Assembly: GCA_009103225.1 (NCBI GenBank)
Contig: RHPI01002112.1
Coordinates: forward strand, 382,634-446,633
From: Chlorokybus atmophyticus
Lineage: Eukaryota; Plantae; Mesostigma and Chlorokybus algae
Direction: 5' to 3'
DNA length: 64,000 nt
Each line of letters starts with the position of its first letter. Position 1 is the stretch's first letter. The position numbers and the translations under genes are program-made. The notes beneath the pieces were generated by a model that saw only the letters and a list, made by a program, of their open reading frames with translations, did no database searches and was not told where the DNA came from. Shown here piece after piece: positions 25,174-39,147 of this stretch.

Positions 25174-28100
25174 GCCGTTGCTCGTTCCAAATCACGCACC
25201 AAGAACGCCCCGACGCCCCAAGCAGCAACAACAACAAGCTGCTCAGTCACAGCTGGTCACAACTAAGAACAACTAGCAACACCGACCACAACACAGCAGC
25301 CTAGCATTCGTCGCCCACAACCCAACCACGCGACCATCCTGTCGGTCATAGACAACATCGAGATAGGTCCAGTCCACCATGACGACAACCACGCCACCCC
25401 GGCTCCCGCCGCCGCCACCGCCGCCGGACTGTGGGCCTATGCTTCAACGTTGCCGCCATTCTCTCCGTTTGACCGAGTGATCACTGATATCGACGCTACC
25501 CCAAGCCTATCAAAAGACATCAGCTGTGCCAGTTGATATCAGCTCGGCCGTATGTTTGCATTCGCGCAGAGTGGCGCGTAGCGCAGTGATGGATCTGGGC
25601 AGTCGGATTGACCCGCACTGCGGAAGAAGGACACTGCGGATCAACGTTCTGCTGCTTTGTTCATGTTGTGTTAGTCGACCGGCAGGTACAAGTGTGGGCG
25701 AAGGTGGTTTCGTCACGTTATCTTCGCGTGGGATCTGTGCACGTCAGCCACGGTGGACGCTCCGGAGGTATAGCACGGTTTGGCGCCTCTACCTGTCTGC
25801 CGTTTCGGTGCTATGCGGCATACGAGGACAAATTCCGTGCTTTCTGACAATGCGCAGTCTGTAGCCTTGAGAGAACTTGTGCAGTCTACCCTCGATATAG
25901 TGACCATGGATGTGGAGGCATTGAGTCACTATACGTGTCGTTCCTTCAATTGTAGTGACGGACAGTTACTACAATACATTTATGCTATATAGCGACCATT
26001 TGTCATTGCAACGAGGGAGTTTTTAGCAACATGTAAACATTTTGTATATAAAACATAGTATGCATTGGCAAAGAGCTGAACATCTCGATACGATGACAGT
26101 TAAAACAATACATCATTGCAATGTTCATGCCATTGCATGTGACAATTGATCACTATAGCGAGGTATGCAAACTTTAATCAATGCAATCTATATGATGGTA
26201 TACGATTTATTAAAAAGCCTCTGTCTTGCACCGATTGTCATAACAAAGAGTGTGATGATTGGTAGGAAGGTGGAGATTGGCCTCGTACAATATGAACAAT
26301 CAATAATCTGTCATCAATGGGACGGTGTTGTAAGAACGAGTGTAAATATATAGAGGGTAGACTATACTGTATTTGTCTCATGAGCACAGCGGAGCCCTTT
26401 GTCGGAGGAAGCCTTCATCTTGCTTGCAGCAGCAAATCAGCATGGTGAAGTCCTGACAGATTGGCTATTATATTGGTCAAACATTACCATCGTAATACAC
26501 ATAATTTGATATGTGATGTAAACATCACACCACCACACAAAATTTATTATAATGATCATTGACATTGGTAAATAGTGCAGGTATGAAAATGAAAGTTGTG
26601 CAAATACTTATGCCAATTTGTTAGCGTATATTATGACTTTCACATTCTTTATCCTCTAAAATTATGATGTGAATTGCATGGCATAAAACCCATTTCTCCT
26701 TGATACGTCATTTGCGTATCGCTGTATGTTATATGATACCCTTGCTTATTATGTATGGTTTTCAATAGGAGTTAAACATTTGTAAGTCATACATGTCACA
26801 TATGTTACACATGTCATGAGGTGTGCAAGTAATGCAGATTCGTGACTTATGCATTCACGCACAAGTTTAAACTCAGCTCAAACATTGCATATTTGCACAG
26901 TGTGCAAGTATGCGTATGCATTTACGCTTGCAAGCAATTACATGTAAGCTTATTCATCATGACTACACATATGTATATGCTTTTGTATATACTTAAACTT
27001 ATTATACATGTATATACGCATATGTGTATGTTTGTAATTACACATACTCTTTCGATATGATTACGGACGCAGTATGGCAATATGTGCGTGTATGTTGATG
27101 AAAAGTTCAATGTACACTTACCGGTACATATAAGATGATAAAGCGTATCCAAAGGTGGTCAATGCTTAGAAATGCATAAAGCACGGTTGACATTTAATGT
27201 TTACATCTACATTAAACTGTATAAGCTACCTTATGATTTGTATGATACATATGCCATTCCCTGGCGCAGGGGATGTATAGCTGTAGCATTAACGTAAAGA
27301 TTAAGCATTTCCCCATCCATATATAATAATTATATATGGATGGAGAAATTGTATACAAGAATCGATTACACAATTGGTGGAACAACGCTGCCAACACAAT
27401 TGGAACGACTCTAGTTGTGACAATGATGATGTTATTAAATAACATCATCATTGATGTTATTGCCACACGCTTACCATTTTAAGCCAGCTTGTACATAGGT
27501 ATTTGAGTAAAACTTCAACTACCCAAACTAGTATTAACGAACATCCAAATACTACACAAATACACCTTGACACTACAAGTGCAATTTAATAACTACCAAC
27601 TTTTGATGCTATCAATTGCTTAACCTCTGTGCACAGCATGCCATTCATGCCTCATATGCATGACAATCATATTTTTTATAATTCATGTATATGCAATTTT
27701 ATACCTTGTGTAAATCATGCGCATACGCTGACATGCATTGGCACAAATGGATGATGTTGTGCAAGTGTTTTCATAACTTGCATCAATGAATACATGCAAG
27801 CGCGGGCCAATAGGAGCCTAGTATTTGCCTTCAGAGCAACATGTGATTTAAAATTCCTAGCTTGTTTGATTGCTCCAAGCTTGCTCACCTCTCTGTTGAT
27901 GCTACTCATTAAGCGCTTAGAGGCCCACAAGCACCATCTTACCACCAAGCATCGCTGTAACGAATGTGTGAACAAATCTAAGCTATATATAGGTATGCTG
28001 CTAACACCGAATGCCCAATGGCACTGCCCATTGAAAGTCTATAGCTCAAAACCATATCAACAGATTGCATGGCCAGTCCAATGGCAGATCTGACACTAGG

Positions 28101-28251
28101 ATAACTACATCACTACGTTCTTGCATCAATCATTCCCTTCTACAAATACAGTACGAAGCCTATGTGCCGAAACATGGTCCATAGTGCTAATTTGGTTTGA
28201 AAGTCACTGCAGAGGTCTAGCCTCTCTTTCTTGAGAACTACATACATACTA

Positions 28252-30700
28252 TCAGCTTAGCTGACCACAATTGACAATCACAGCATGGCCTGTAGGTGGA
28301 CCGTTGGGATTGGCCAGCTTGTTTATCTCTTCTGCAACGCTGAAGCCTTCGACCTATGCAAACAAGCAATCTCAGCTCCACGTACTTGCATGGTATACCA
28401 GTGCTGTAATGTCGGTGAAACTTTGCATGCAGCAATGCACATGAATGACGCATTTCAAGCGCAGCTTTCAGCAGCTGACCACTGCTCCAAAAATGGTGTA
28501 ATGGCCATCCAGGTGCGGTGCTGGCGCCATCACAATGCTAAAATGGGAGCCATTTGTGTCAGGGCCCATGTTGGCCATGGATAACAGCCCTTTCTGCAGC
28601 AAGAAAGCACAACCAATCAGCAACTTGTATTGCGGTCTTTCCTTGCTGACGCGAGCAAACACACGGCATCACTTAAGACAAGCACACTTTCGCCAGTACT
28701 CAGCCATCACCAATGCGCCATACATACAGATGATGCAGGACCGACAACCATCACACACACGCGCACAAGTATCCACATGAGCCGTTAACTGGTACTTGCC
28801 CTGTCGTGTTTTAGTTGGAGCCCTCCCGGGTCATCCTTGAAAAGTCCGCCATATACAGACTCCGTGCCAGCACCAGTCTGGTCAATGAATTGGTCTATGA
28901 TGCGGTAGAATTCTTTGCCCTTGAAGTGGTATGGCTGCCCAGCGCCTTCACGCCCGGGCTCGTTGGGCACTGTGCCTTTCTCACCTTGACAAGCAGAAGG
29001 ACTCATCAGATGAAGGCACATACAACATGATGTGCGACTACACGGGGACACATGCCTAGACAACCCAACAGTATGTTTGTGGCAATCGCTTGAGGCCGTG
29101 AGGAGGGACTCACCAGTACACAGAGCCCGGAAGTTCTCAGCCGCTCTTGGTGACTGTGCAGTGTCAACATGTAAGTGCATGATTAGCGCAGATGAAATGG
29201 GCACCTGGGCAACAGCTCATCACAGCTCGACGCTCTTACAATGTCTGTATACAACTCAAAGACGATCCTTCCAATAGGCTTCCCGTTGATCTCGATGTCA
29301 AAGTATGTTCTGAGCCGCACCTGAACCTGCGAGCTCTGCAGGCTGCTGTCCTTGGCTGGCACAGAAACGGTGTTTGCATCTGCACTAATCGCTTGTTGTG
29401 TAACTAGTGACAGCGATTGAGCAGGCCGGTTGGAAGCAGTCTCATCCACAGAGGCCGCATCGACGAGCTCATCAACTGCCTTATGTTTGCCTGCTCCATC
29501 GCCCTCGTCCTGCTCTTCCTCCTCCTCATCTTCGGGCTCATCACCTGTAATGTTTGCCATCGAAACCCCACCTTGCTCTGCCTCATCACTGTCAGCTTCG
29601 TCTTCATCATCTTTGTGTGTGCATTATACGTAGTTAGCGGCAGAGTAGCCACCGAAACTCACAATATAAACCAAAAGCATGAACCGCACCATCATCCGCG
29701 TCATCGATGTCAACTGCATCATCATCGTTGTCGTCATCATTGTCCGCATCATCAGCCTCCTCAGACTGCGGCTTCAGTGCATCGTACTCTAGGTCGGCGG
29801 TTGTTGCATCCGCAGTGCCCAGTGCATGTTTGATGTGCTCGGTGTTTAACTCAATTGCACCCTTGGATGTGCCAAGTTGACCATCCTTTTGTCCCTGCAG
29901 ACTTGCAAGTTGGAAAAGGCTGCTTGCAGCTCTATGCAATGCAGAGCACTCACGAAAGTCCACAGACAAAGTCGTATGTGTGCGCGTGGGGGTGCGCATG
30001 CACGTGCGTGTGAGTGCGTGCGTGCGTACGAGCGTATGTCTGCGCAGCAGCAGTTTGATGCAGCGCACGTGTGTGCATGTGTGGGTGTGTACGCGCGTGT
30101 GTAGATTAATGCAAAGTAGGAGGTCAAGCACATGGCAGAACAACTGCATTCTTTCGCTTCTGCAAACAGCAATGCGGTACAGCGCTACACCTGCTTTATT
30201 GACATGGCCAGCAGGGCGTCATGCTGCTCATGCAACCCTCCCTGGCCGCCCGAGAAGTCGTCAATCCCTTTCGGTCTTCCTGACGCAGAATTGGACGCAC
30301 ATCATGATGGGCAAACACGTTCGTGCAAAGACTACTACTTGGTGGACGCTAATGATCTTCTAAGCATCCAGGTCAAGAACTGACCAAGCCAACTTGCGAT
30401 TAAGTCTAATCAGCTTACATGCAACCGTGTTGTGGGGCAAGGTTTGAGTGTGGGCGAAGCATGGTTACGCTTACCTACAAGCGGGCTAGCGACAACATGA
30501 CATGAACGAACGGTGTGCAAAGAGCAACAACAGTCAGAATGTGGTTGGCACGTACCTGTTTGCTCCTGCAAGCGTTGGGCCCTGCCTCGCAGTGTGACAA
30601 TGCCAGCCAGTAGCAGCAGCAGAACCGTCCCAGCAGCTGCGGCTGCCCCCGCAGCAGAAGGGTAGTTCCGCCTTGCACGGCTTAGCCTGAAGTTTGCCAT
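28252..30700 (-). CDS. Cyclophilin-type peptidyl-prolyl isomerase with an N-terminal hydrophobic anchor and an acidic linker; multi-exon
   Basis: Exons give [83 protein letters not shown] and [10 protein letters not shown]...IVNCGQLS*. The N-terminus has the hydrophobic stretch [10 protein letters not shown]. Confidence 0.92.
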
Positions 30701-31010
30701 GTAGCGTGCACTGTTTGTGTTTGCGATTCACTGACCAGACCACGCAGGCGTTCAGGGGGTGATCAGGCTAGACCAGGCCAGGCTGCGCAAAGCGCCTCGC
30801 CGGCAGTTGCCGGTCAGGCTCGCAAGCGGCGGCATGGCAACAGTTACAGGGGACAAGCGCAGCCGCCGACACCGCCGCTGACATCAACAGTCACATAAGC
30901 TGACTTGAACCAGCCAAGCTGCGACAGCATCGCGGCAGTCAGCCAGGCCAGGCCAGGCCAGGCCGGCCCGCGCAGGGCCAGCGAGGGGTTGTTGGGCGGC
31001 AGGCTCAGCT

Positions 31011-34000
31011 ATGCGGGGCCCCGCCATAGCGGCGGCATTTGTGGTCGTCGCATGGCTGGCGACGTCATGGACGCTGGCAGCAGCCATGAGCACGGCTGAG
31101 GCGCTGACGCTGCGTGAAGAGGTGAGAAGCAAGCCGCGTGAGCATTATGCCGAGCGTATTGCCAGTGCAAACTGCCAATACAAGAGCAGGTGTGTCTCGC
31201 TGCTAGTACACGAGCATTTTGCTGCACTAACGCCTTCAAGCTGGCAGTCATGCTTCTTCAACAACGTAGCCTACAACATGCGTGCTGCGTGCAACTTGCG
31301 TTTCCTGAACAAGACTGGCAAGCAGTGGTAGACCGCGTGCTGGCTTCGCCACAAGGACTGCTAGCTAGAATGTAGTATGTCTCGTTGAACCGCTGTCTCG
31401 CTGTACCACACAAGGATTGAGCTAGCATGCTGCTAGCAAACATGTTCACATGCCCAAACCTCACCTATTCGACATCCAAATGGCAGTCATTTGCACGACA
31501 CGCGTGTTGGCAGCGTGGTGACAGCGTTGTGCTTGCTCATCTTTTGTTGTTGATTTGTCATGCAAGCTTGTGCAATTTGCTTCGTTGGAGTTGTACCCCC
31601 CTTTGAACATATATCTAAGGAGCCCTGGCCACCAGGTCAGGGGCATGTTCTACCATGGCTTCAATGGCTACATGCGCTATGCTTTTCCGCGCGATGAGCT
31701 GCTGCCGCTTTCGTGCACTGGTGTTGACACGCTGGGTGGCTACTCGCTCACGCTGGTTGACTCACTGGACACTCTTGCTCTGCTTGGTAAGCGTTAGCAC
31801 AACAATACATGCACATGCCATGCTTGGATTGGTGTAGGCATGCTCGCATCTGAATGGGATTGTCTTGCGCAGGTGACAAGGATGAGTTCTCTCGTGCTGT
31901 CATGTGGCTGTCTCACAATCTTCGCTTTGATCGCAACGCGACGGTTTCAGTGTTTGAAACCAACATTCGCGTGCTGGGAGGACTGCTGTCAGCTCACATT
32001 CTAGCAAGTGATGCCGCAACAGGGTGCGAAGCTGATTGGTTTCTCAATTTGACACGTATGAAGTTGCTTACAACAAATGTTGGTATGGGCGAGAGCCTTA
32101 ATCCTTGCCCTGCTGTTGGACCTGATGCAAGTTTACAATGCATAGTTTTGGCACAATTGTAGCCTTCAGCACGGATGACTTACTGGAGCTTCAGTAGTAA
32201 TTGTGGAAACAATTGATGCATACAGGATGCGTGTAGAGGGCTATGAGGGACAGCTGTTGACACTGGCCGCGGATCTTGGGCAGCGCCTGTTGCGAGCCTT
32301 TGAAACGCCAACGGGTAGGTTAACCCACAGTTTATGCTGGAGTCGTCCGGCTGTTTGCACACGTACACAACTTCCTCCACAGGTATACCATACGGCAGTG
32401 TCAATCTGCTGCATGGAGTGCCGCATGGAGAGACGCCCATCACATCAACAGCTGGTGGGGGGACAATGTTGCTGGAGTTGGGCATGCTTTCGCGATTGAC
32501 GGGTAACACACAGGGTCAAATGTCACATTGTGCCTCACTGGACACGCTTTACTTGGTCATGCAGCGTTGATCGTCGTTGCAACTTTCAACTCATCATCGC
32601 GCAGGCAATACTGCATTTGAGACCGCAGCACGACGCGCATCCCGTGGTTTGTGGTCGCGCCGCTCGCGGTTGGGACTCGTTGGAGCGCACATTGACGTAC
32701 GCACCGGCGAGTGGACGCATCGCGATGCAGGGATCGGGACAAGTGTGGACTCGTTTTACGAATACCTCATCAAGGGGCATGTGCTGTTGGGCGACCATGA
32801 GTACCTGCATACATTCCGGCAGGTAGGGCAACGGCGCATGATAATCTCTCGAGACATGCTTTTTCCACACCAAGCGAGTCTGTCAATTGGTGACTGAGCA
32901 GGTGCAACCATGTGCAACGCTGGCCACATTGCTGTTGCATGCGTGCAGGCATACAAAGCTGTGGCAGGGCACCTGCACCGGGATCCATGGTATGTGGAGG
33001 TCAACATGCACAGCGGTGTGCTTGTATGGCCCCTCTTCAACAGCCTTCAGGCGTTCTGGCCTGGCCTTCAGGTGCCAGCACACGCCGTGGTGGCATCGCT
33101 ACTTGTTTCCAGAAGTGCAGACTGTTTAACTACAAAGCACCTTGCACGACACTTCTTCATGCAACGTTCATGGCCTGTTGTCATGCCTCGTTCTCAACAA
33201 TGGCGCAGGTTCTGGCTGGAGATGTGGAGCCAGCTGTTCGTACTCACAGAGCATTCTCTTCAGTGCTTCGCCACTTTGGTTTTACACCCGAGGTAATCAT
33301 TGCATTGAGGCTAGCAACCACATGCATATGCTTTAGTACACCAACTCATGTATCGCCATTGCCGGCTTGCAGGGATTCAACCTCGCAACGTTCACTGTTC
33401 AACCTGGACAAAAGGGTCATCCCTTGCGGCCTGAACTTGCTGAAAGTGCGTACTTGTTGTATACCGCTACACAGGACCCTGAGTACCTAGAGGTAACTTG
33501 TTCCAGTGCCGTATGATCCCAGTCATAAGCAAAACATGGGAATATGGCATGTTTTTATGTGACGCGTAGTGAGTCGTACCTGTGACTTTGTCTCTAGTAT
33601 GAACCACGGCAACCACGCCCTTTATTAGCTTAAACATCAACCACGTGATATAGCAAGAGTGCTTGTTTGTGTGCAGGTTGGGCGCGCAATCGTGTCTTCG
33701 CTGCAGACACGTGCCAAATCGCGGTGTGGGTATGCAGCACTGCTGGATGTCGAAACGCATGAGCAGGTTGGTGCACACACTTGATGCATTGAGTGGCATC
33801 TGCTGTGTACTTTGGTTTCTGTGCCGCAAGCCCAAGGCCAGACGCGTACATCGAACGCAGGTTGATCATATGGAGTCCTTTTTTCTGGCAGAGACGGTGA
33901 AGTACCTTTGGCTTCTTTTTGACGGCAAGGGCAGACTGTGGTCTAAATAGATGGATACATGTACACTTCCTAGTAAAGTTATGGCTGACGGGCGACCCTG

Positions 34001-35286
34001 TTTGATAGGTGCTGTGGGTGGAAACAATCTGATTGAGACTGGTCCATATCCGTACGTGTTCAGCACTGAAGGTCATTACTTCCCAATTACCAATCGTACG
34101 GCTTGGATCACTGCACCAGATGTGTGCCCGTCAGGTGAGGGATGCTGTGTGCGTCAAGACTGCTGTATGTTTAAGCATTTACATACAAATGTCAAGATTG
34201 CCTAGGTTGTTTCATTGCTTGTAACTGCATGATTGCGTAACCGGCACATTGAACATGTTGTTATAAACATTCGAAATATCTGTGCTACAGCACGTGCGTC
34301 GCCACCAGCCGTGCGAATGGATTATGCTGAAAATGCCAACATGCGTCCTGGCAAGTGTTCGCGATTATCTTATGCACGCCAGCTCACCATAGAGGCAAGA
34401 CTGGCTTCATGCTTGGTCGGGCGTACCAAAGTGTTGGCACAGCGTCAAGTATGGGTGCTGTATGACTTGTCTGACTCCGAGTTTATTGTTTATGTTAGGA
34501 CTCCCATTTACCGCCTTCGGTACATGAGCAACGTCAACGCCGTGCACGTCAACGACAGTCCACTCGAAGGCAAGTGGCTTCGGGGGCCAGCTGTATCGAT
34601 TGAGTTTTGCAGCATTATGTTGACCGCTGTGCCAACAGCAGTACGGGTCCTGTGCATGCAACAGGTTCTGATAGTATGTGTTCGCAGGGACTCTGAGGGT
34701 TCAGAAGCTACCATCCATGAGAACCCGCTTGCAAAGGAGATGGAGGAAGCTGCTGCACGCGCTGCTGCTGAGACGAGCGGCAGCCTGCGCATTCAAGTAT
34801 GTCTGATCTGGCTCGTTGCGTTCCTGCTTTGCTACGCGGCGGCTTGATGAGCCTTGGGCGCGCAAGCCAGGTTGCCGTGCTTCAGCGGGCTCATTGAATG
34901 CTGGCACGTGGCAACACGCATGCCTGCCGACATGACGTGCGTGTCAGTACTGTCAAGGGGGAGTTGTCAACCAGCCTTCTGTGCTGTGCGCTTGCATTTG
35001 GCAGCTCAAAGACGGACAGATCATCGTGTTATCCGATACCAGCAGCAGGAGCAACAGCGCCACTCTGGAAGTGATACAGGGCATTCTGCAAGATCAAGCA
35101 TTTACTGCACATCTCAATGCTGCAGCGCAAAAGAGTCATGACACGCAGACTCAAGATGCAACCAACATCCATCAGCAGCCGCCCATGTTCATTTACATAA
35201 ATGAGCAAGACGTTGACAGGCCAACCGGGCATGGTGAAAAGCGTCCGCGCGTGTGCCCGAACAAGCCTGCATGGCCGCCTGTTTAA
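31011..35286 (+). CDS. MNS4: GH47 alpha-1,2-mannosidase, EDEM/MNS4-like (ERAD); about 14 exons
   Basis: Has a signal peptide. Exons give [132 protein letters not shown] and YVFSTEGH. Confidence 0.92.
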
Positions 35287-38065
35287 ACTTGCATCTCGAT
35301 TAGTTGAAGCAACATGGCTTGCACAGTGCCAACGACCAATGGGAATGGCCCAAGACAGGTTTGTGAGTGCATCCGCTTATGGTTGTTTGCCCTTGCAACA
35401 AGTTGTGTTGCTGCCATGTAGAAACCTTTTGGCATAAATGTCTAACCATTGATTGTCTGCAGGGGTGATTGTCTGCAGGGGACAGCCATGGCCTGGATGC
35501 AAACCGGATATTTGCTCTTACATTAACATTGTAGCTTGACCTGAAATTCCTGCGTGATACATACCGTAATACATACCTCGTTCACAATTATCTTGTCATC
35601 AAAGAGCAGGCCCTCCTCCCTTGTTTTATGCAATGGGCATGCTTGTCACATCATAAAAGCATACGCGCTTAGATGCGCGACGCCTGACTTGTTGATAGCA
35701 CCAATGTGTTTGATACTGTCAGATCAACATGTGTTGACAGCTGTGCGACATATTATGGATTGGTAGCGGTTGGTGACAATGCAACCCAGCTTGTTACATT
35801 AGTTGAATCTCGTACTTAATTGAAAATGCTCGGCACTAGCTTTGTACCCATGATATATTGCAATCAACAATGTATCCACAAAGACAAGCACGCACTCGCA
35901 CGCGCTTCTAAAGCGCGACGAGCGGCTTTGTGTTGTTACCCATGTCATGTTGTAATTATCTCATCAACTATGCCACGTATGCATGTTTTGTAGTGACCAA
36001 TAATATCTTATTCATAAAAGCGTTCCCAACACCTTTGTAGCGAAGCGTTGCTATGGCTATAAGCTCGTATACATATACATTGTAGGGCCAGCAAGGCGGG
36101 GCAACGGAAGCAAAGCGGCACAATTTCCATTACTACCGTGACCTACTAGCTCATAAAGAGCTTACTACAAAAGTCAGATGCGTTATGCAAGTTCTTTCCT
36201 TATTGCTGATCTCATTTTACATGTGCAATATGTGATTTAATATGCTTAGCTGCTCTCCCATCACTTTAATGGTTACATGTGAGTTTTACTTGCTGCAAAG
36301 CATGCATGCGTGCTTTGCATCACTACTATGACTTGTACCTTACACATGTGTTTACATGATGGTAGGCCTAGCACTGGTCCTCGAAATTGGCTAGATTCAT
36401 CGCGATTGCGTGCATGGTGGGATCGCAATGCACAAGCCAGGGTGCAACATCTTGTGTGATGATGCAACGAGCAGGTACAGGTCACTCGTCGCGCAAGCGT
36501 CTGTGGAACTAGACCCAACTAGTCCCCAATCAGTCCCCCTTGCTTGTGGTCACTGACAACGTGTCAGGTTCTGACCTCCTCAAGAAAACTGAGGATTCAT
36601 CAATCATGCCAAGCAAAAGGCGCTGTGCCGCAAATCCGAGGTCACTGCCACAAAACTTCCGGCTGGCGTTTGCCTCTTCGCAGACTGTTCGAAGGTGGCA
36701 GTGTTGATTGTCTGGCAGGTGTAGGCCTAGACAGCGCCTAATGACGTTCTTTGGGGTGACTTGACACCCCTCATGTTAGCCGTGCTGTTTGTGGCCACAG
36801 ATTGAACGTAGCAACTGCCGTTTGACAAGTTGACGCTGCGGAGGTGGTTGAAACTCGACTTGCTTGCTCCTTGCTTGCTTGCTCCTGGCAGTGTTGGGGC
36901 TGTGCAGTCGCTGCCAAGTCAACGAGTCAAATGACTTTGACGAAGCACTGTTCCTAGCATGCACATGTGGACCAGTTAGGCTGTGGACATACATCAGCAA
37001 AAGACCACTGTGGTCACTTATGCTGATGAATGTCCACAGCTTTTGAATTGGAGTCTGTGGAGGCCCCATGAGGTTCCGCTAGTCATTGTACTGGCTAGGC
37101 CGGACGCTTCTGCGCGACGCCCAAAATATCCCTGAGCAGCCACCCAGCTGTCGAGATATTAGTACCGGTTGTAACCGGTGCACGCACGGCTTGGCGCCAG
37201 CTTCGGTATGTCCATAGACCGAAGTGTATCAGTTGCTCGACGGACACGCGAGTGTAACCATGACTTCCGCATCGGTCACTTTCAAGCAGCTTCTCTGACA
37301 AGCCTGGCACCCCTCATCCGTACAGGCTTAGTCAAGCCGGTTGATGGTAATCTGACGATGCGGAAGCAACGACATATGTCCCAAGTCGTGGCTTTTGACA
37401 GCCTTCACGCAGCGCCTGTTCAGTCGCTAAGCGGGGCTTGTCAGCAAACTAACGGCACACAGCTTATGGTTAAGGCGTTACTCAAGCGTTACTCACATGC
37501 CGTCTTACGTGCTACACTAAATTGGTGTCGACCACGAAACTGGCAATCATGTTCAGCACTACCAGTGCAATGTGAATATGCGCACAGATACGGTTCTGGC
37601 AGGCTTGATACGCTGTGACGATACGCCGTCAGTCCCTGACGGCGCATCGTCAGTGATTGGGCACCGTTGTGCAAAAGCTGCACAACTTCAAGTTGTCAAC
37701 TTGTACAGTACGAGTACTGTATCTCGCCTAACGGTGCTAAGCAGCTGTAAGGTGTCGCCGCCGGCTCGGCGGAGGCGCCGAGCAAAAACTCCGCTAAGAA
37801 GCCGCGTCAAGCGTGTTTGGCGACGTAACTGCTACACGCTGGGAGGTGTAACTGAGAGTTACGTCACAGCGCGCGGCGCGTGTACGAGCGCTTCTCTCCA
37901 CTTCAACTCCAGGCCAGGCCAGGCCAGGTGACAGGCTTTAGGCTACAATTGCAAGAGCAGTACACTGTAAGGACAAGCACGGCATCGAAGTCGACCAGGC
38001 CAAAGATATTGCCGTCTCCGCCGCTGGCCAACATTGCATGCATGAGGATCTGTGCGGCAGGCGTC

Positions 38066-39147
38066 ATGGAAGCCGCGGGGGTCCCCTCCTCGTCCTCCTC
38101 AAATTTGGCCTCGGCAGCGGTCATCGTGGCTGCAGTCAGCAGCCCCGCTCACAGCCCCAGAGGCAAGGCCGCCCTCGCTGCCCGCCTCTGGCGACTCAAC
38201 AGACCCATGGATTGCAACGAACTCGAGGTCTTCTTCTTCAGCGCAGACACGCCTGGTATGTGGCCGTCTGTTTTATGTGGCTATACCCACTCTCATCTTA
38301 TCACTAGTTCCAACAGCAGCATTCCATCAACCTTGTCAGGAATTTGTCCCTTCTTGCTTATCTACTTGAGTTTTCTCGTGTGAACTCGAGTCGAGTGTTG
38401 AGTTGATGAGCCTGCTCAGTTGCATCTATCTATTTGCAACGTCTGCTTTGTAAGAGCGTTGCGTGTCCTGTATCCACCAGACACGTATTGGCATTCAGCA
38501 GTAGCAGCGCTCAGCAGCAGCGCTCAGTAGTAGCTCTCTTGCAGTACATCAAGAACCACTTGACGAGAGGTCTTGCCCATACACAACATAATGATTGAGT
38601 GGGTGTCAGTCCCTCTGTCTAAATCTTCTTCGCTGTCTTGCCAGGCACAAGCAGCTCCTCCTCTCAGCCAAACAGTCCAACGGCTAAGTCCCAAAGTAGC
38701 ATCAGCAAAGGCTTCAGGCAGTCGCGGCGATCGCTACAGGCAATGCGCTCCCCCACCGTATCAGTCTCCTCCTCCTCAACATATTCTTCATACTCCTCAC
38801 ACTCCTCCGAAAGCTCGCCCTCGCCAACCCACTACGGCTCGCACTCGCCGGTCCGGCGCTCGACCTCAGCGCCAGCAGGTGTGGACTCCTTGAGCAAGCT
38901 CAACGCGCTGTCCTCGCCCTCGCCTTTGCCATCACCGTCGTCATCGGTGGTGTTGATGATGCGAGACGGGTGGGGCCTTCAGACCAAGCTGGACAGCAGT
39001 CCGGGTGCAGGTCATGAACAGCAGCAGCAACAACATCAACAAATACAGCTCTGGAGTAAAATCAGACCACGCAGCCGCACGCTGCGGCCGGGCCGGCGAC
39101 GCAGCTGGCTTGCAACAAGCATACAGAGGCTTCGCGATCTGCTATGA
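38066..39147 (+). CDS. Two-exon Ser/Pro-rich protein of unknown function
   Basis: Exon 38066-38255 (190 nt, phase-1 donor g|gtatgt) joins in frame to 38645-39147 (acceptor ccag|), giving an open ORF of about 230 aa. I recognise no domain in it. Confidence 0.55.

Noticed and set aside
26000-28200. AT-rich 2-kb stretch as organellar or foreign insertion
   Set aside because: No recognisable organellar gene, rRNA or tRNA; only short shadow ORFs; best treated as intergenic DNA.
38600-39000. Acidic - strand pseudogene (EEYEEYVEEET...)
   Set aside because: It contains several stops and is the antisense of the open, splice-consistent Ser-rich + strand exon.
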